In this document: positions 1 to 11,266 of the stretch, in pieces
Layout of the letters: each line of letters starts with the position of its first letter
Position numbering within the stretch: position 1 is the first letter of the stretch
Origin: a virus
Length of the DNA: 30,012 nucleotides
UHGV virus genome: UHGV-0299922
Direction: 5' to 3' (one strand)
The notes under the pieces: model-generated
The model's input: only the letters and a program-made list of their open reading frames with translations
The model's database searches: none
Told to the model about the DNA's origin: nothing
Translations under genes and position numbers: made by a program

Positions 1-215
1 AACGCCAGAAATGGTGGAAAAAATAGCCTAAATAGGCTGATTCGATGTGTTTGCGGGAAAAAAATCGGCCCAGATCCGCGAAATTTTAATCAGCGAGTCA
101 GCTTGGGAAGAAATGACCTGCTTATTCGCACCTTCCCTAAAGGAAGTGGCTTGAGGGAGCCACTTATATGTTGGGGAGGCAACGCCTCCCGCAACATATC
201 TTTTTCGTAATCAGA

Positions 216-1313
216 TTAGAACTGGTAAACCAGACCTACAGCAACGATGTCATCAGTGCTTACACCGAGTGCTTTAGTGAAGTCATTTTTGTCAAGCAGG
301 TTGATTTTGTAATCAACGAAAGTAGACATATTTTTGTTGAAGTAATAGGTTGCACCTACATCAACATATTTGACTAAGTCCTGATCGCCCCATACTCCAA
401 GATCCTTACCTTTAGATTGCAGGTAAGCAACGGACGGACGCAGACCGAAATCGAACTGATATTGTGCAACAGCTTCGAAGTTTTGGGCTTTATTAGCAAC
501 GAAGTGATCAGCAAATACAGTCATATTCTGGGTTTCAGAATAGGTAGTGGCCAGGTAAATGTTGTTAGCGTCATATTTCAGACCTGCGGCCCAAACTTCT
601 GCATTTTTACCGGAAGCAAATACTTCAGGAAGAACTTTCCCTGCATTAACTTGAGTGTCGGTACGATCAGATTTCGCATAAGTTGCACCGATACCGAATC
701 CTTCGTATTCATAGGTAGCAGAGAAACCGAAGCCATCACCGTTACCTTCGGTGTAGTTATCGAAATCGCTACGATCGTTTTTGCCTTGGTACTGAGCAGC
801 AAAGTTCAGACCATCAACCAGACCAAAGAAGTCGTTGTTACGATAGGTTGCAACACCAGTTGCACGTTGAGTCATGAACACGTCGGTTTGAGTCCAAGTG
901 TCACCACCGAATTCTGGCAGGACGTCAGTCCACGCACCGATGTCGTATGCTACACCGTAGTTACGGCCGTAATCGATGGAGCCGTAGTCACCGAATTTCA
1001 GGCCAGCGAAGGCAAGACGGGTTTTATCTTTGGAGGAACCTTGAGATTCAGCGCGGTTGCCTTTGAATTCATATTCCCACTGACCGAAACCAGTCAGTTG
1101 ATCGTTGATTTGGGTTTCACCTTTGAAGCCAAGACGGGCATAAGTAGTATCACCATCATCTGCATCATTAGAGGAGAAGTAGTGCTTAGCATTAACTTTC
1201 CCGTACAGATCCAGCTTGTTACTGTCTTTATTATAAATTTCAGCTGCCTGAGCAGACATCGCCATCAGTACTGATGCAGCTACAGCAGAAATTGCCACTG
1301 TTAATTTTTTCAT
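216..1313 (-). CDS. nmpC: OmpC/OmpF-family outer-membrane porin, prophage-encoded (NmpC/Lc-like), apparently intact
   Basis: ORF track 216..1373 minus; likely true start is the ATG at 1311-1313 ([23 protein letters not shown] signal peptide followed by [16 protein letters not shown]). Ends in the C-terminal Phe (..VGLVYQF) typical of OM beta-barrels. General porin motifs throughout. Position beside a phage-21-type lysis cassette matches the DLP12/PA-2 arrangement (recalled). Confidence 0.9.
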   Translation of the reverse strand: MKKLTVAISAVAASVLMAMSAQAAEIYNKDSNKLDLYGKVNAKHYFSSNDADDGDTTYARLGFKGETQINDQLTGFGQWEYEFKGNRAESQGSSKDKTRLAFAGLKFGDYGSIDYGRNYGVAYDIGAWTDVLPEFGGDTWTQTDVFMTQRATGVATYRNNDFFGLVDGLNFAAQYQGKNDRSDFDNYTEGNGDGFGFSATYEYEGFGIGATYAKSDRTDTQVNAGKVLPEVFASGKNAEVWAAGLKYDANNIYLATTYSETQNMTVFADHFVANKAQNFEAVAQYQFDFGLRPSVAYLQSKGKDLGVWGDQDLVKYVDVGATYYFNKNMSTFVDYKINLLDKNDFTKALGVSTDDIVAVGLVYQF

Positions 1314-1529
1314 CGTGAGCCCTTTTTTTGAACTATTATTAAAAAATGATGTCACTGCGCGATAAATATTCATCTAATCAATGTGATTATTTCAAGATGT
1401 AAGTTTTGGTTTCTCGTTTGATTTGTGAAGTAGATCTCTATTTTTATCTGAACTTTTTTCTATCGAATCCTATTCATGGCTCTTGGCTGAATAAAAATAA
1501 ATCTATTAGCCAATTTATATTAATGGCTG

Positions 1530-1560
1530 TTATTTATAAGTGCTCTATAATTTGAAGGTT
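1530..1560 (+). promoter_or_regulatory. Candidate late promoter (pR'-like); -10 hexamer TATAAT at 1546-1551, weak -35
   Basis: Perfect TATAAT about 190 nt upstream of the tR'-like terminator, giving a short leader RNA comparable to lambda 6S RNA. No convincing -35. Placement is inference only. Confidence 0.25.
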
Positions 1561-1742
1561 CAATTTAAACCGGCTAAAAATAACACTGGAAATTATTTGT
1601 TGGTTATTTGTTGAAATTTGCTTATGTATTTGTAGTGGTGTTTTCAATACTCGGTAGCATTCTCGCAAATATCATTTAGTGGTTTACGTACGTAAAAAAT
1701 TGGTTATGCTGTTAAGAGTGGTTACTTCGTCACACAGCTTAA

Positions 1743-1773
1743 ACCCGCCGTCGAGCGGGTTTTTCCATTTTTT
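1743..1773 (+). terminator. Intrinsic terminator upstream of the holin gene (tR'-like)
   Basis: GC stem acccgc-cgtcga-gcgggt followed by ttttccatttttt on the plus strand, about 110 nt before the holin start. Confidence 0.5.
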
Positions 1774-1885
1774 GAGTCTCGATATTAGCTGATAACCCAA
1801 TACCTGAGTTATTCACTGACTCCGAGTCTGTTACGTTTCGTAGTATTCCCTCAATTTACACCCGCTTTGTCTGCGAGGTGGGGTT

Positions 1886-2101
1886 ATGAAATCCATGGAT
1901 AAGTTAACAACGGGTGTCGCCTATGGCACCTCAGCAGGTAGTGCCGGGTACTGGTTTTTACAGCTGCTAGATAAAGTCACGCCCTCACAGTGGGCGGCAA
2001 TTGGAGTGCTGGGTAGCCTGGTATTTGGCCTGCTGACGTACCTGACAAACCTTTATTTCAAGATTAAAGAAGATAAGCGCAAGGCTGCGAGAGGTGAATA
2101 A
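1886..2101 (+). CDS. S: Class II holin (pinholin), phage 21 S-type, with dual-start motif
   Basis: 71 aa, [26 protein letters not shown]..., two predicted TM segments and a charged C-terminus ([13 protein letters not shown]). Met1 and Met4 give the classic holin/antiholin dual start. Strongly resembles S21/EssD as I recall it. Confidence 0.9.
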
Positions 2102-2598
2102 TGCCTCCATCATTACGAAAAGCCGTTGCTGCTGCTATTGGTGGCGGAGCAATTGCTATAGCATCAGTGTTAATCACTGGCCCAAGTGGTAACGATGGTC
2201 TGGAAGGTGTCAGCTACATACCATACAAAGATATTGTTGGTGTATGGACTGTATGTCACGGGCATACAGGAAAAGACATCATGCTCGGTAAAACGTATAC
2301 CAAAGCAGAATGCAAAGCCCTCCTGAATAAAGACCTTGCCACGGTCGCCAGACAAATTAACCCGTACATAAAAGTTGATATACCGGAAACAACGCGCGGC
2401 GCTCTTTACTCGTTCGTCTACAACGTGGGTGCTGGCAATTTCAGAACATCGACGCTTCTTCGCAAAATAAACCACGGTGATATCAAAGGCGCATGTGATC
2501 AGCTACGGCGCTGGACATACGCTGGCGGTAATCAATGGAAAGGACTGATGACTCGCCGTGAGATTGAGCGTGAAGTCTGTTTGTGGGGGAAACAATGA
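2101..2598 (+). CDS. R: SAR (signal-anchor-release) endolysin, lysozyme family (R21-like)
   Basis: 165 aa; Gly/Ala-rich weakly hydrophobic N-terminal segment ([18 protein letters not shown]) typical of SAR domains, followed by a lysozyme-like domain with Glu/Asp/Thr spaced as in R21-type enzymes. ATGA start/stop overlap with the holin gene. Confidence 0.9.
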   Translation: MPPSLRKAVAAAIGGGAIAIASVLITGPSGNDGLEGVSYIPYKDIVGVWTVCHGHTGKDIMLGKTYTKAECKALLNKDLATVARQINPYIKVDIPETTRGALYSFVYNVGAGNFRTSTLLRKINHGDIKGACDQLRRWTYAGGNQWKGLMTRREIEREVCLWGKQ

Positions 2599-3062
2599 GC
2601 AGAGTAACCGCGATTATCTCCGCTCTGGTTATCTGCATCATCGTCTGCCTGTCATGGGCTGTTAATCATTACCGTGATAACGCCATTACCTACAAAGCCC
2701 AGCGCGACAAAAATGTCAGAGAACTGAAGCTGGCGAACGCGGCAATTACTGACATGCAGATGCGTCAGCGTGATGTTGCTGCGCTCGATGCAAAATACAC
2801 GAAGGAGTTAGCTGATGCGAAAGCTGAAAATGATGCTCTTCTGCGGAAGCTTGATAATGGTGGCAGGGTGCTCGTCAAAGGAAAATGCCCTGTGCCATCC
2901 TCTGCCGAAACCTCCAGCGCCTCCGACATGGGCAATGATGCCACCGTCGAACTCTCTCCAGTTGCTGGACGAAACGTTCTCGATATCCGGGACGGAATTA
3001 TCCGCGACCAAACAGCACTGAGAACGCTTCAGGAATACATTAGGACGCAATGCCTTCGATGA
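2595..3062 (+). CDS. Rz: Rz inner-membrane spanin (i-spanin)
   Basis: ATG at 2595 overlaps the endolysin stop (ATGA). N-terminal TM segment ([20 protein letters not shown]), coiled-coil-like periplasmic domain, ends ..[11 protein letters not shown] track extends upstream to a GTG at 2583. Confidence 0.9.
   Translation: MSRVTAIISALVICIIVCLSWAVNHYRDNAITYKAQRDKNVRELKLANAAITDMQMRQRDVAALDAKYTKELADAKAENDALLRKLDNGGRVLVKGKCPVPSSAETSSASDMGNDATVELSPVAGRNVLDIRDGIIRDQTALRTLQEYIRTQCLR
2815..3021 (+). CDS. Rz1: Rz1 outer-membrane lipoprotein spanin (o-spanin), embedded in the +1 frame of Rz
   Basis: 68 aa; signal peptide with lipobox ([18 protein letters not shown]|C), proline-rich mature part ([11 protein letters not shown]). 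Strong SD aaggag 9 nt upstream of the ATG. Wholly inside Rz in another frame. Confidence 0.85.
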   Translation: MRKLKMMLFCGSLIMVAGCSSKENALCHPLPKPPAPPTWAMMPPSNSLQLLDETFSISGTELSATKQH

Positions 3063-3236
3063 TAGCGATAATTTTACTCATCATCCTTCACATCTGGCTC
3101 TGTAGACAGGGTGGTGATCACTTCTGGAGTAAATCCAGATTAAACATCTCATTGCTGATGCTTGATATTGAGCATCTGGCGCGCAGTAAGGGGCTGCGTT
3201 GAGATAAGAGCCAGTTCATTACAAATACCAGGATTT

Positions 3237-3262
3237 AGCCTCGCATTCGCGGGGCTTTTTAT
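3237..3262 (+). terminator. Intrinsic terminator after the lysis cassette
   Basis: agcctcgc-attc-gcggggct followed by ttttta, about 175 nt downstream of the Rz stop. Confidence 0.5.
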
Positions 3263-3404
3263 ATCTGAATTTCACAGCGCATCTCACGCGCATATTAACG
3301 AGAGCCTTTCAGTAAGCGAGCCTGAGAAATGCCGTTATAGGTGGCGACCTCTCTCGGGCGGCTTTTCTGTGAGACAGGCTCACTTTCTAAAAGGTAAAGA
3401 CGCT

Positions 3405-3929
3405 ATGAATAATCATTCAGTTATTCCAGCCTTCGACTTCCGAGAAATGGTGCAAGCCAAAAACGGAGAGGTTGTTACCACATCCAGAAAAATTGCCAAG
3501 TACTTCGGCAAGCGACACGGTGATGTTCTCAGGAAAATCGAGCAGGTTAAGGCTGATTGCTCGCGTGAGTTTAGCCAACGCAATTTTGCGTCGGCTGATT
3601 ATATCGATGAGCAGGGCAAGGTTCGCCCGATGTACAGCCTGACGAAAGATGGCTGGATCATGGTTGTGATGGGGTTCACCGGGAAAGCTGCTGCGGCAAT
3701 CAAGGAGAGCTATATCGCAGCATTCAACTGGATGGCAGAACAACTGAGCCGCCGCATGGCAATTGGCGAAGAAATGCAGCACCGCTACGCCATCAAAGAA
3801 ACACGCTCAAAGCTGAAAGGTACGATCGGCAGTCGGTTAATGAACGAACGGAAGAAAGAGAAGCGTGTCCTGGCTGTCGAGCATGAATACATCTTGCAGG
3901 TGACACAGCCTGAACTGCTGATTAATTGA
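3405..3929 (+). CDS. Rha-family phage regulatory protein (ORF6N/pRha-like)
   Basis: Start chosen at ATG 3405 (SD aaagg upstream); the ORF-track extension from 3162 runs through the terminator hairpin. Motifs SRKIAKYFGKRHGDVLRKIEQ and SLTKDGWIMVVMGFTGKAAAAIKESYIAAFNWM resemble the Rha signature as I recall it. Confidence 0.6.
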   Translation: MNNHSVIPAFDFREMVQAKNGEVVTTSRKIAKYFGKRHGDVLRKIEQVKADCSREFSQRNFASADYIDEQGKVRPMYSLTKDGWIMVVMGFTGKAAAAIKESYIAAFNWMAEQLSRRMAIGEEMQHRYAIKETRSKLKGTIGSRLMNERKKEKRVLAVEHEYILQVTQPELLIN

Positions 3930-4231
3930 AGATGTCATTACAAAGCCTATCTACGGGGGGCTTGATAATGGCTTATACCCTGCACGGGATAACTTAACTG
4001 ATATCCCTTTTAACGGATAAAGGTATTCAAGCCTGACACATCATGCGCTGTATCGTCGCCGTATTCCCGCATTAACCATGACCGTAGCCCGACGGGGAAT
4101 TCCTTCTGCGTGAGTGTGCGGGAATAATCAAAAACGATGCACACCGGGTTATTAACGCGTCAACTGAACGCGGGGTTGCTCTTCATGTCAGCCAGTCCGG
4201 TGCAGGGGTAGAAGAAACCGGACGTTATGGT

Positions 4232-4642
4232 TTAGTGTGGAAACATTTGTGATGTGCTCTGTATGTTTTCAGTAAAGAGTAATGAATTATCAAAGGTATA
4301 GTAATATCTTTTTTGTTCATGGATATTTGTAACCCACCGAAAAACTCCTGCTTTAGCAAGGTTTCTTCTGTATTCCTGAAATGTGATCTCTCTGGATTTC
4401 AGCTTATTAGAGGTCGTTTCTATAAGATGCCTATCCTTTGAAAATTTGACAGACACAATGTTTTTTAGGCCCTTTAATAACACTGTATTATCATTTTTTA
4501 ATACAATATGAACATTCTCTGTGGCTAAATAGTAAATGTAATGTGAGACATTGTGACGTTTTAGCTCAGAATAAAACCATTGATAGTTTAAATCGTTTCG
4601 AACTTTATCAAATATTTGTTTAAAAATGACTACCTGATCCAT
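4232..4642 (-). CDS. Hypothetical prophage protein, DUF1398 (YbcV/YdfO)-like; AT-rich cargo gene
   Basis: ORF track 4232..4684; preferred start is the ATG at 4640-4642 (MDQVVIFKQ..) with SD ggaagg 7 nt upstream, giving 136 aa. Markedly AT-rich compared with flanking DNA. Family assignment is from memory of prophage YbcV-like proteins at the equivalent DLP12 position. Confidence 0.55.
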   Translation of the reverse strand: MDQVVIFKQIFDKVRNDLNYQWFYSELKRHNVSHYIYYLATENVHIVLKNDNTVLLKGLKNIVSVKFSKDRHLIETTSNKLKSREITFQEYRRNLAKAGVFRWVTNIHEQKRYYYTFDNSLLFTENIQSTSQMFPH

Positions 4643-4700
4643 AGATAAACCTTCCATGTGATATGAGGGGGGCGTAGTCTGCACGATTATCTAAATTGCT

Positions 4701-4934
4701 TCAATCTGGTCTGATCTGTTTTCTGAGCAATTCAGTAATGTCACTCTTTTCTTTGTTTGCTTCAGGAGAAACTCTTTTTTCTGAGCACAGTCTCCGGCGG
4801 CAGGCTTCAATGACCCAGGCTGAGAAATTCCCGGACCCTTTTTGATCAAGAGCGATGTTAATTTGTTCAATCATTTGGTTAGGAAAGCGGATGTTGCGGG
4901 TTGTTGTTCTGCGGGTTCTGTTCTTCGTTGACAT
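4701..4934 (-). CDS. Small ribbon-helix-helix (Arc/MetJ/CopG-like) DNA-binding protein, putative
   Basis: 77 aa; basic N-terminus (MSTKNRTRRTTTRNIRFP) followed by the RHH-like pattern NIRFPNQMIEQINIALDQKGSGNFSAWVIEA. Lies 58 bp upstream of the DUF1398-like gene on the same strand. Confidence 0.45.
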   Translation of the reverse strand: MSTKNRTRRTTTRNIRFPNQMIEQINIALDQKGSGNFSAWVIEACRRRLCSEKRVSPEANKEKSDITELLRKQIRPD

Positions 4935-5099
4935 GAGGTTGTCCCGTATTCAGTGTCGCTGATTTGTATTGTCTGAAGTTGTTTTTACGTTAAGTTGATG
5001 CAGATCAATTAATACGATACCTGCGTCATAATTGATTATTTGACGTGGTTTGATGGCGTAGATGCACGTTGTGACATGCAGATGATAATCATTATCATT

Positions 5100-5322
5100 T
5101 TGCGGGTCCTTTCCGGCGATCCGACAGGTTACGGGGCGGCGACCTCGCGGGTTTTCGCTATTTATGAAAATTTTCCGGTTTAAGGCGTTTCCGTTCTTCT
5201 TCGTCATAACTTAATGTTTTTATTTAAAATACCCTCTGAAAAGAAAGGAAACGACAGGTGCTGAAAGCGAGCTTTTTGGCCTCTGTCGTTTCCTTTCTCT
5301 GTTTTTGTCCGTGGAATGAACA
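5100..5322 (+). other. cos region (cosQ - cosN - cosB) of lambda type
   Basis: ...ccgacaggttacg|gggcggcgacctcgcgggttttcgctatttatg... matches the lambda right-end/left-end junction as I remember it. cosB is the stretch between cosN and the Nu1 start. Confidence 0.9.
5134..5145 (+). other. cosN 12-nt cohesive end (GGGCGGCGACCT)
   Basis: Exact match to the lambda cohesive-end sequence, directly following ..AGGTTACG. Confidence 0.9.
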
Positions 5323-5842
5323 ATGGAAGTCAACAAAAAGCAGCTGGCTGACATTTTCGGTGCGAGTATCCGTACCATTCAGAACTGGCAGGAACAGGGA
5401 ATGCCCGTTCTGCGAGGCGGTGGCAAGGGTAATGAGGTGCTTTATGACTCTGCCGCCGTCATAAAATGGTATGCCGAAAGGGATGCTGAAATTGAGAACG
5501 AAAAGCTGCGCCGGGAAGTTGAAGAACTGCGGCAGGCCAGCGAGACAGATCTCCAGCCAGGGACTATTGAGTACGAACGCCATCGACTTACGCGTGCGCA
5601 GGCCGACGCACAGGAACTGAAGAATGCCAGAGACTCCGCTGAAGTGGTGGAAACCGCATTCTGTACTTTCGTGTTGTCGCGGATCGCAGGTGAAATTGCC
5701 AGTATTCTCGACGGGCTCCCCCTGTCGGTGCAGCGGCGTTTTCCGGAACTGGAAAACCGACATGTTGATTTCCTGAAACGGGATATCATCAAAGCCATGA
5801 ACAAAGCAGCCGCGCTGGATGAACTGATACCGGGGTTGCTGA

Positions 5843-5868
<26 letters not shown>
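5323..5868 (+). CDS. nu1: Terminase small subunit Nu1
   Basis: 181 aa, MEVNKKQLADIFGASIRTIQNWQEQGMPVLRGGGKGNEVLYDSAAVIKWYAERD..., essentially identical to lambda gpNu1 as recalled. Confidence 0.97.
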
Positions 5869-9549
<3,681 letters not shown>

Positions 9550-9569
<20 letters not shown>

Positions 9570-10869
9570 TCTCCCGCATATTGCCAGCATGGCCTTTAAT
9601 GAGCCGCTGATGCTTGAACCCGCCTATGCGCGGGTTTTCTTTTGTGCGCTTGCAGGCCAGCTTGGGATCAGCCGCCTGACGGATGCGGTGTCCGGCGACA
9701 GCCTGACTGCCCAGGAGGCACTCGCGACGCTGGCATTATCCGGTGATGATGACGGACCACGACAGGCCCGCAGTTATCAGGTCATGAACGGCATCGCCGT
9801 GCTGCCGGTGTCCGGCACGCTGGTCAGCCGGACGCGGGCGCTGCAGCCGTACTCGGGGATGACCGGTTACAACGGCATTATCGCTCGTCTGCAACAGGCC
9901 GCCAGCGACCCGATGGTGGACGGCATTCTGCTCGATATGGACACGCCAGGCGGAATGGTGGCGGGGGCATTTGACTGCGCTGACATCATCGCCCGTGTGC
10001 GTGACATAAAACCGGTATGGGCGCTGGCCAACGACATGAACTGCAGTGCAGGTCAGCTGCTTGCCAGTGCCGCCTCCCGGCGTCTGGTCACGCAGACCGC
10101 CCGGACAGGCTCCATCGGCGTCATGATGGCTCACAGTAATTACGGTGCTGCCCTGGAGAAACAGGGCGTGGAAATCACGCTGATTTACAGCGGCAGCCAT
10201 AAGGTGGATGGCAATCCTTACAGCCATCTTCCGGATGACGTCCGGGAGACACTGCAGTCCCGGATGGACGCAACCCGCCGGATGTTTGCGCAGAAGGTGT
10301 CGGCATATACCGGCCTGTCTGTACAGGCTGTGCTGGATACCGAGGCTGCAGTGTACAGCGGTCAGGAGGCCATTGATGCCGGACTGGCTGATGAACTTGT
10401 TAACAGCACCGATGCGATCACCGTCATGCGTGATGCACTGGATGCACATAAATCCCGTCTCTCAGGAGGGCGAATGACCAAAGAGACTCAATCAACAACT
10501 GTTTCAGCCACTGCTTCGCAGGCTGACGTTACTGAGGTGGTGCCAGCGACGGAGGGCGAAAACGCCAGCGCGGCGCAGCCGGACGTGAACGCGCAGATCA
10601 CTGCAGCGGTTGCGGCAGAAAACAGCCGCATTATGGGGATCCTCAACTGTGAGGAGGCTCACGGACGCGAAGAACAGGCGCGCGTTCTGGCAGAAACCCC
10701 CGGTATGACCGTGGAAACGGCCCGCCGCATTCTGGCCGCAGCACCACAGAGTGCACAGGCGCGCAGTGACACTGCGCTGGATCGTCTGATGCAGGGTGCA
10801 CCGGCACCGCTGGCTGCAGGTAACCCGGCATCTGATGCCGTTAACGATTTGCTGAACACACCAGTGTAA
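9550..10869 (+). CDS. C: Head maturation protease / scaffold C (GTG start)
   Basis: GTG at 9550 gives (M)TAELRNLPHIASMAFNEPLMLEPAYARVFF..., the lambda gpC N-terminus. The ORF-track start at 9403 is an upstream extension overlapping B. Confidence 0.93.
10264..10869 (+). CDS. nu3: Scaffolding protein Nu3, in-frame internal start within C
   Basis: ATG at 10264 (..SRMDATRRMFAQ..) in the C frame, at the position corresponding to the lambda Nu3 start; shares the C stop. Confidence 0.8.
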   Translation: MDATRRMFAQKVSAYTGLSVQAVLDTEAAVYSGQEAIDAGLADELVNSTDAITVMRDALDAHKSRLSGGRMTKETQSTTVSATASQADVTEVVPATEGENASAAQPDVNAQITAAVAAENSRIMGILNCEEAHGREEQARVLAETPGMTVETARRILAAAPQSAQARSDTALDRLMQGAPAPLAAGNPASDAVNDLLNTPV

Positions 10870-10878
10870 GGGATGTTT

Positions 10879-11211
10879 ATGACGAGCAAAGAAACCTTTA
10901 CCCATTACCAGCCGCTGGGCAACAGTGACCCGGCTCATACCGCAACCGCGCCAGGCGGATTGAGTGCGAAAGCGCCTGCAATGACCCCGCTGATGCTGGA
11001 CACCTCCACCCGTAAGCTGGTTGCGTGGGATGGCACCACCGACGGTGCTGCCGTTGGCATTCTTGCTGTTGCTGCTGACCAGACCAGCACCACGCTGACG
11101 TTCTACAAGTCCGGCACGTTCCGTTATGAGGATGTGCTCTGGCCGGAGGCTGCCAGCGACGAGACGAAAAAACGGACCGCGTTTGCCGGAACGGCAATCA
11201 GCATCGTTTAA
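10879..11211 (+). CDS. D: Head decoration protein D
   Basis: 110 aa from ATG 10879 ([27 protein letters not shown]...); ORF track begins two codons earlier. Confidence 0.95.
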   Translation: MTSKETFTHYQPLGNSDPAHTATAPGGLSAKAPAMTPLMLDTSTRKLVAWDGTTDGAAVGILAVAADQTSTTLTFYKSGTFRYEDVLWPEAASDETKKRTAFAGTAISIV

Positions 11212-11231
11212 CCTTACCCTTCATCACTAAA

Positions 11232-11253
11232 GGCCGCCTGTGCGGCTTTTTTT
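11232..11253 (+). terminator. Terminator-like hairpin between D and E (probable partial terminator/attenuator inside the operon)
   Basis: ggccgc-ctgt-gcggc followed by ttttttt, 14 nt before the E start. Confidence 0.35.
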
Positions 11254-11266
11254 ACGGGATTTTTTT

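Noticed and set aside
1-30. Short open frame ending at a TAA at 28-30 (..TPEMVEKIA*), possibly the 3' end of an upstream gene such as Q
   Set aside because: Only 9 codons are visible; cannot be identified or even confirmed as coding from this window.
417-1274. 285-aa plus-strand ORF (and the 69-aa ORF 168..377, 74-aa ORF 578..802)
   Set aside because: Lie antisense to or inside the well-supported porin gene, with no recognisable motifs; a typical shadow ORF of a long coding region.
1374-1885. Possibility of tRNA genes between the porin and the holin, as in some Stx-type lambdoid phages
   Set aside because: No cloverleaf-compatible sequence, no conserved T-loop (GTTCRANYC) or CCA-adjacent acceptor stems seen; the region is AT-rich leader with a terminator.
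3162-3404. 81-codon N-terminal extension of the Rha-like ORF given by the ORF track
   Set aside because: The extension spans the intrinsic terminator at 3237..3262 and has no RBS; the ATG at 3405 has an SD and yields a protein starting at the conserved domain.
4950-5207. 85-aa minus-strand ORF across the cosQ/cosN region
   Set aside because: Overlaps the packaging site and the conserved lambda right-end non-coding sequence; no RBS or motif; likely chance ORF in AT-rich DNA.
5224-5763. 179-aa and 120-aa minus-strand ORFs antisense to Nu1
   Set aside because: Antisense to a gene identified with very high confidence; no independent support.
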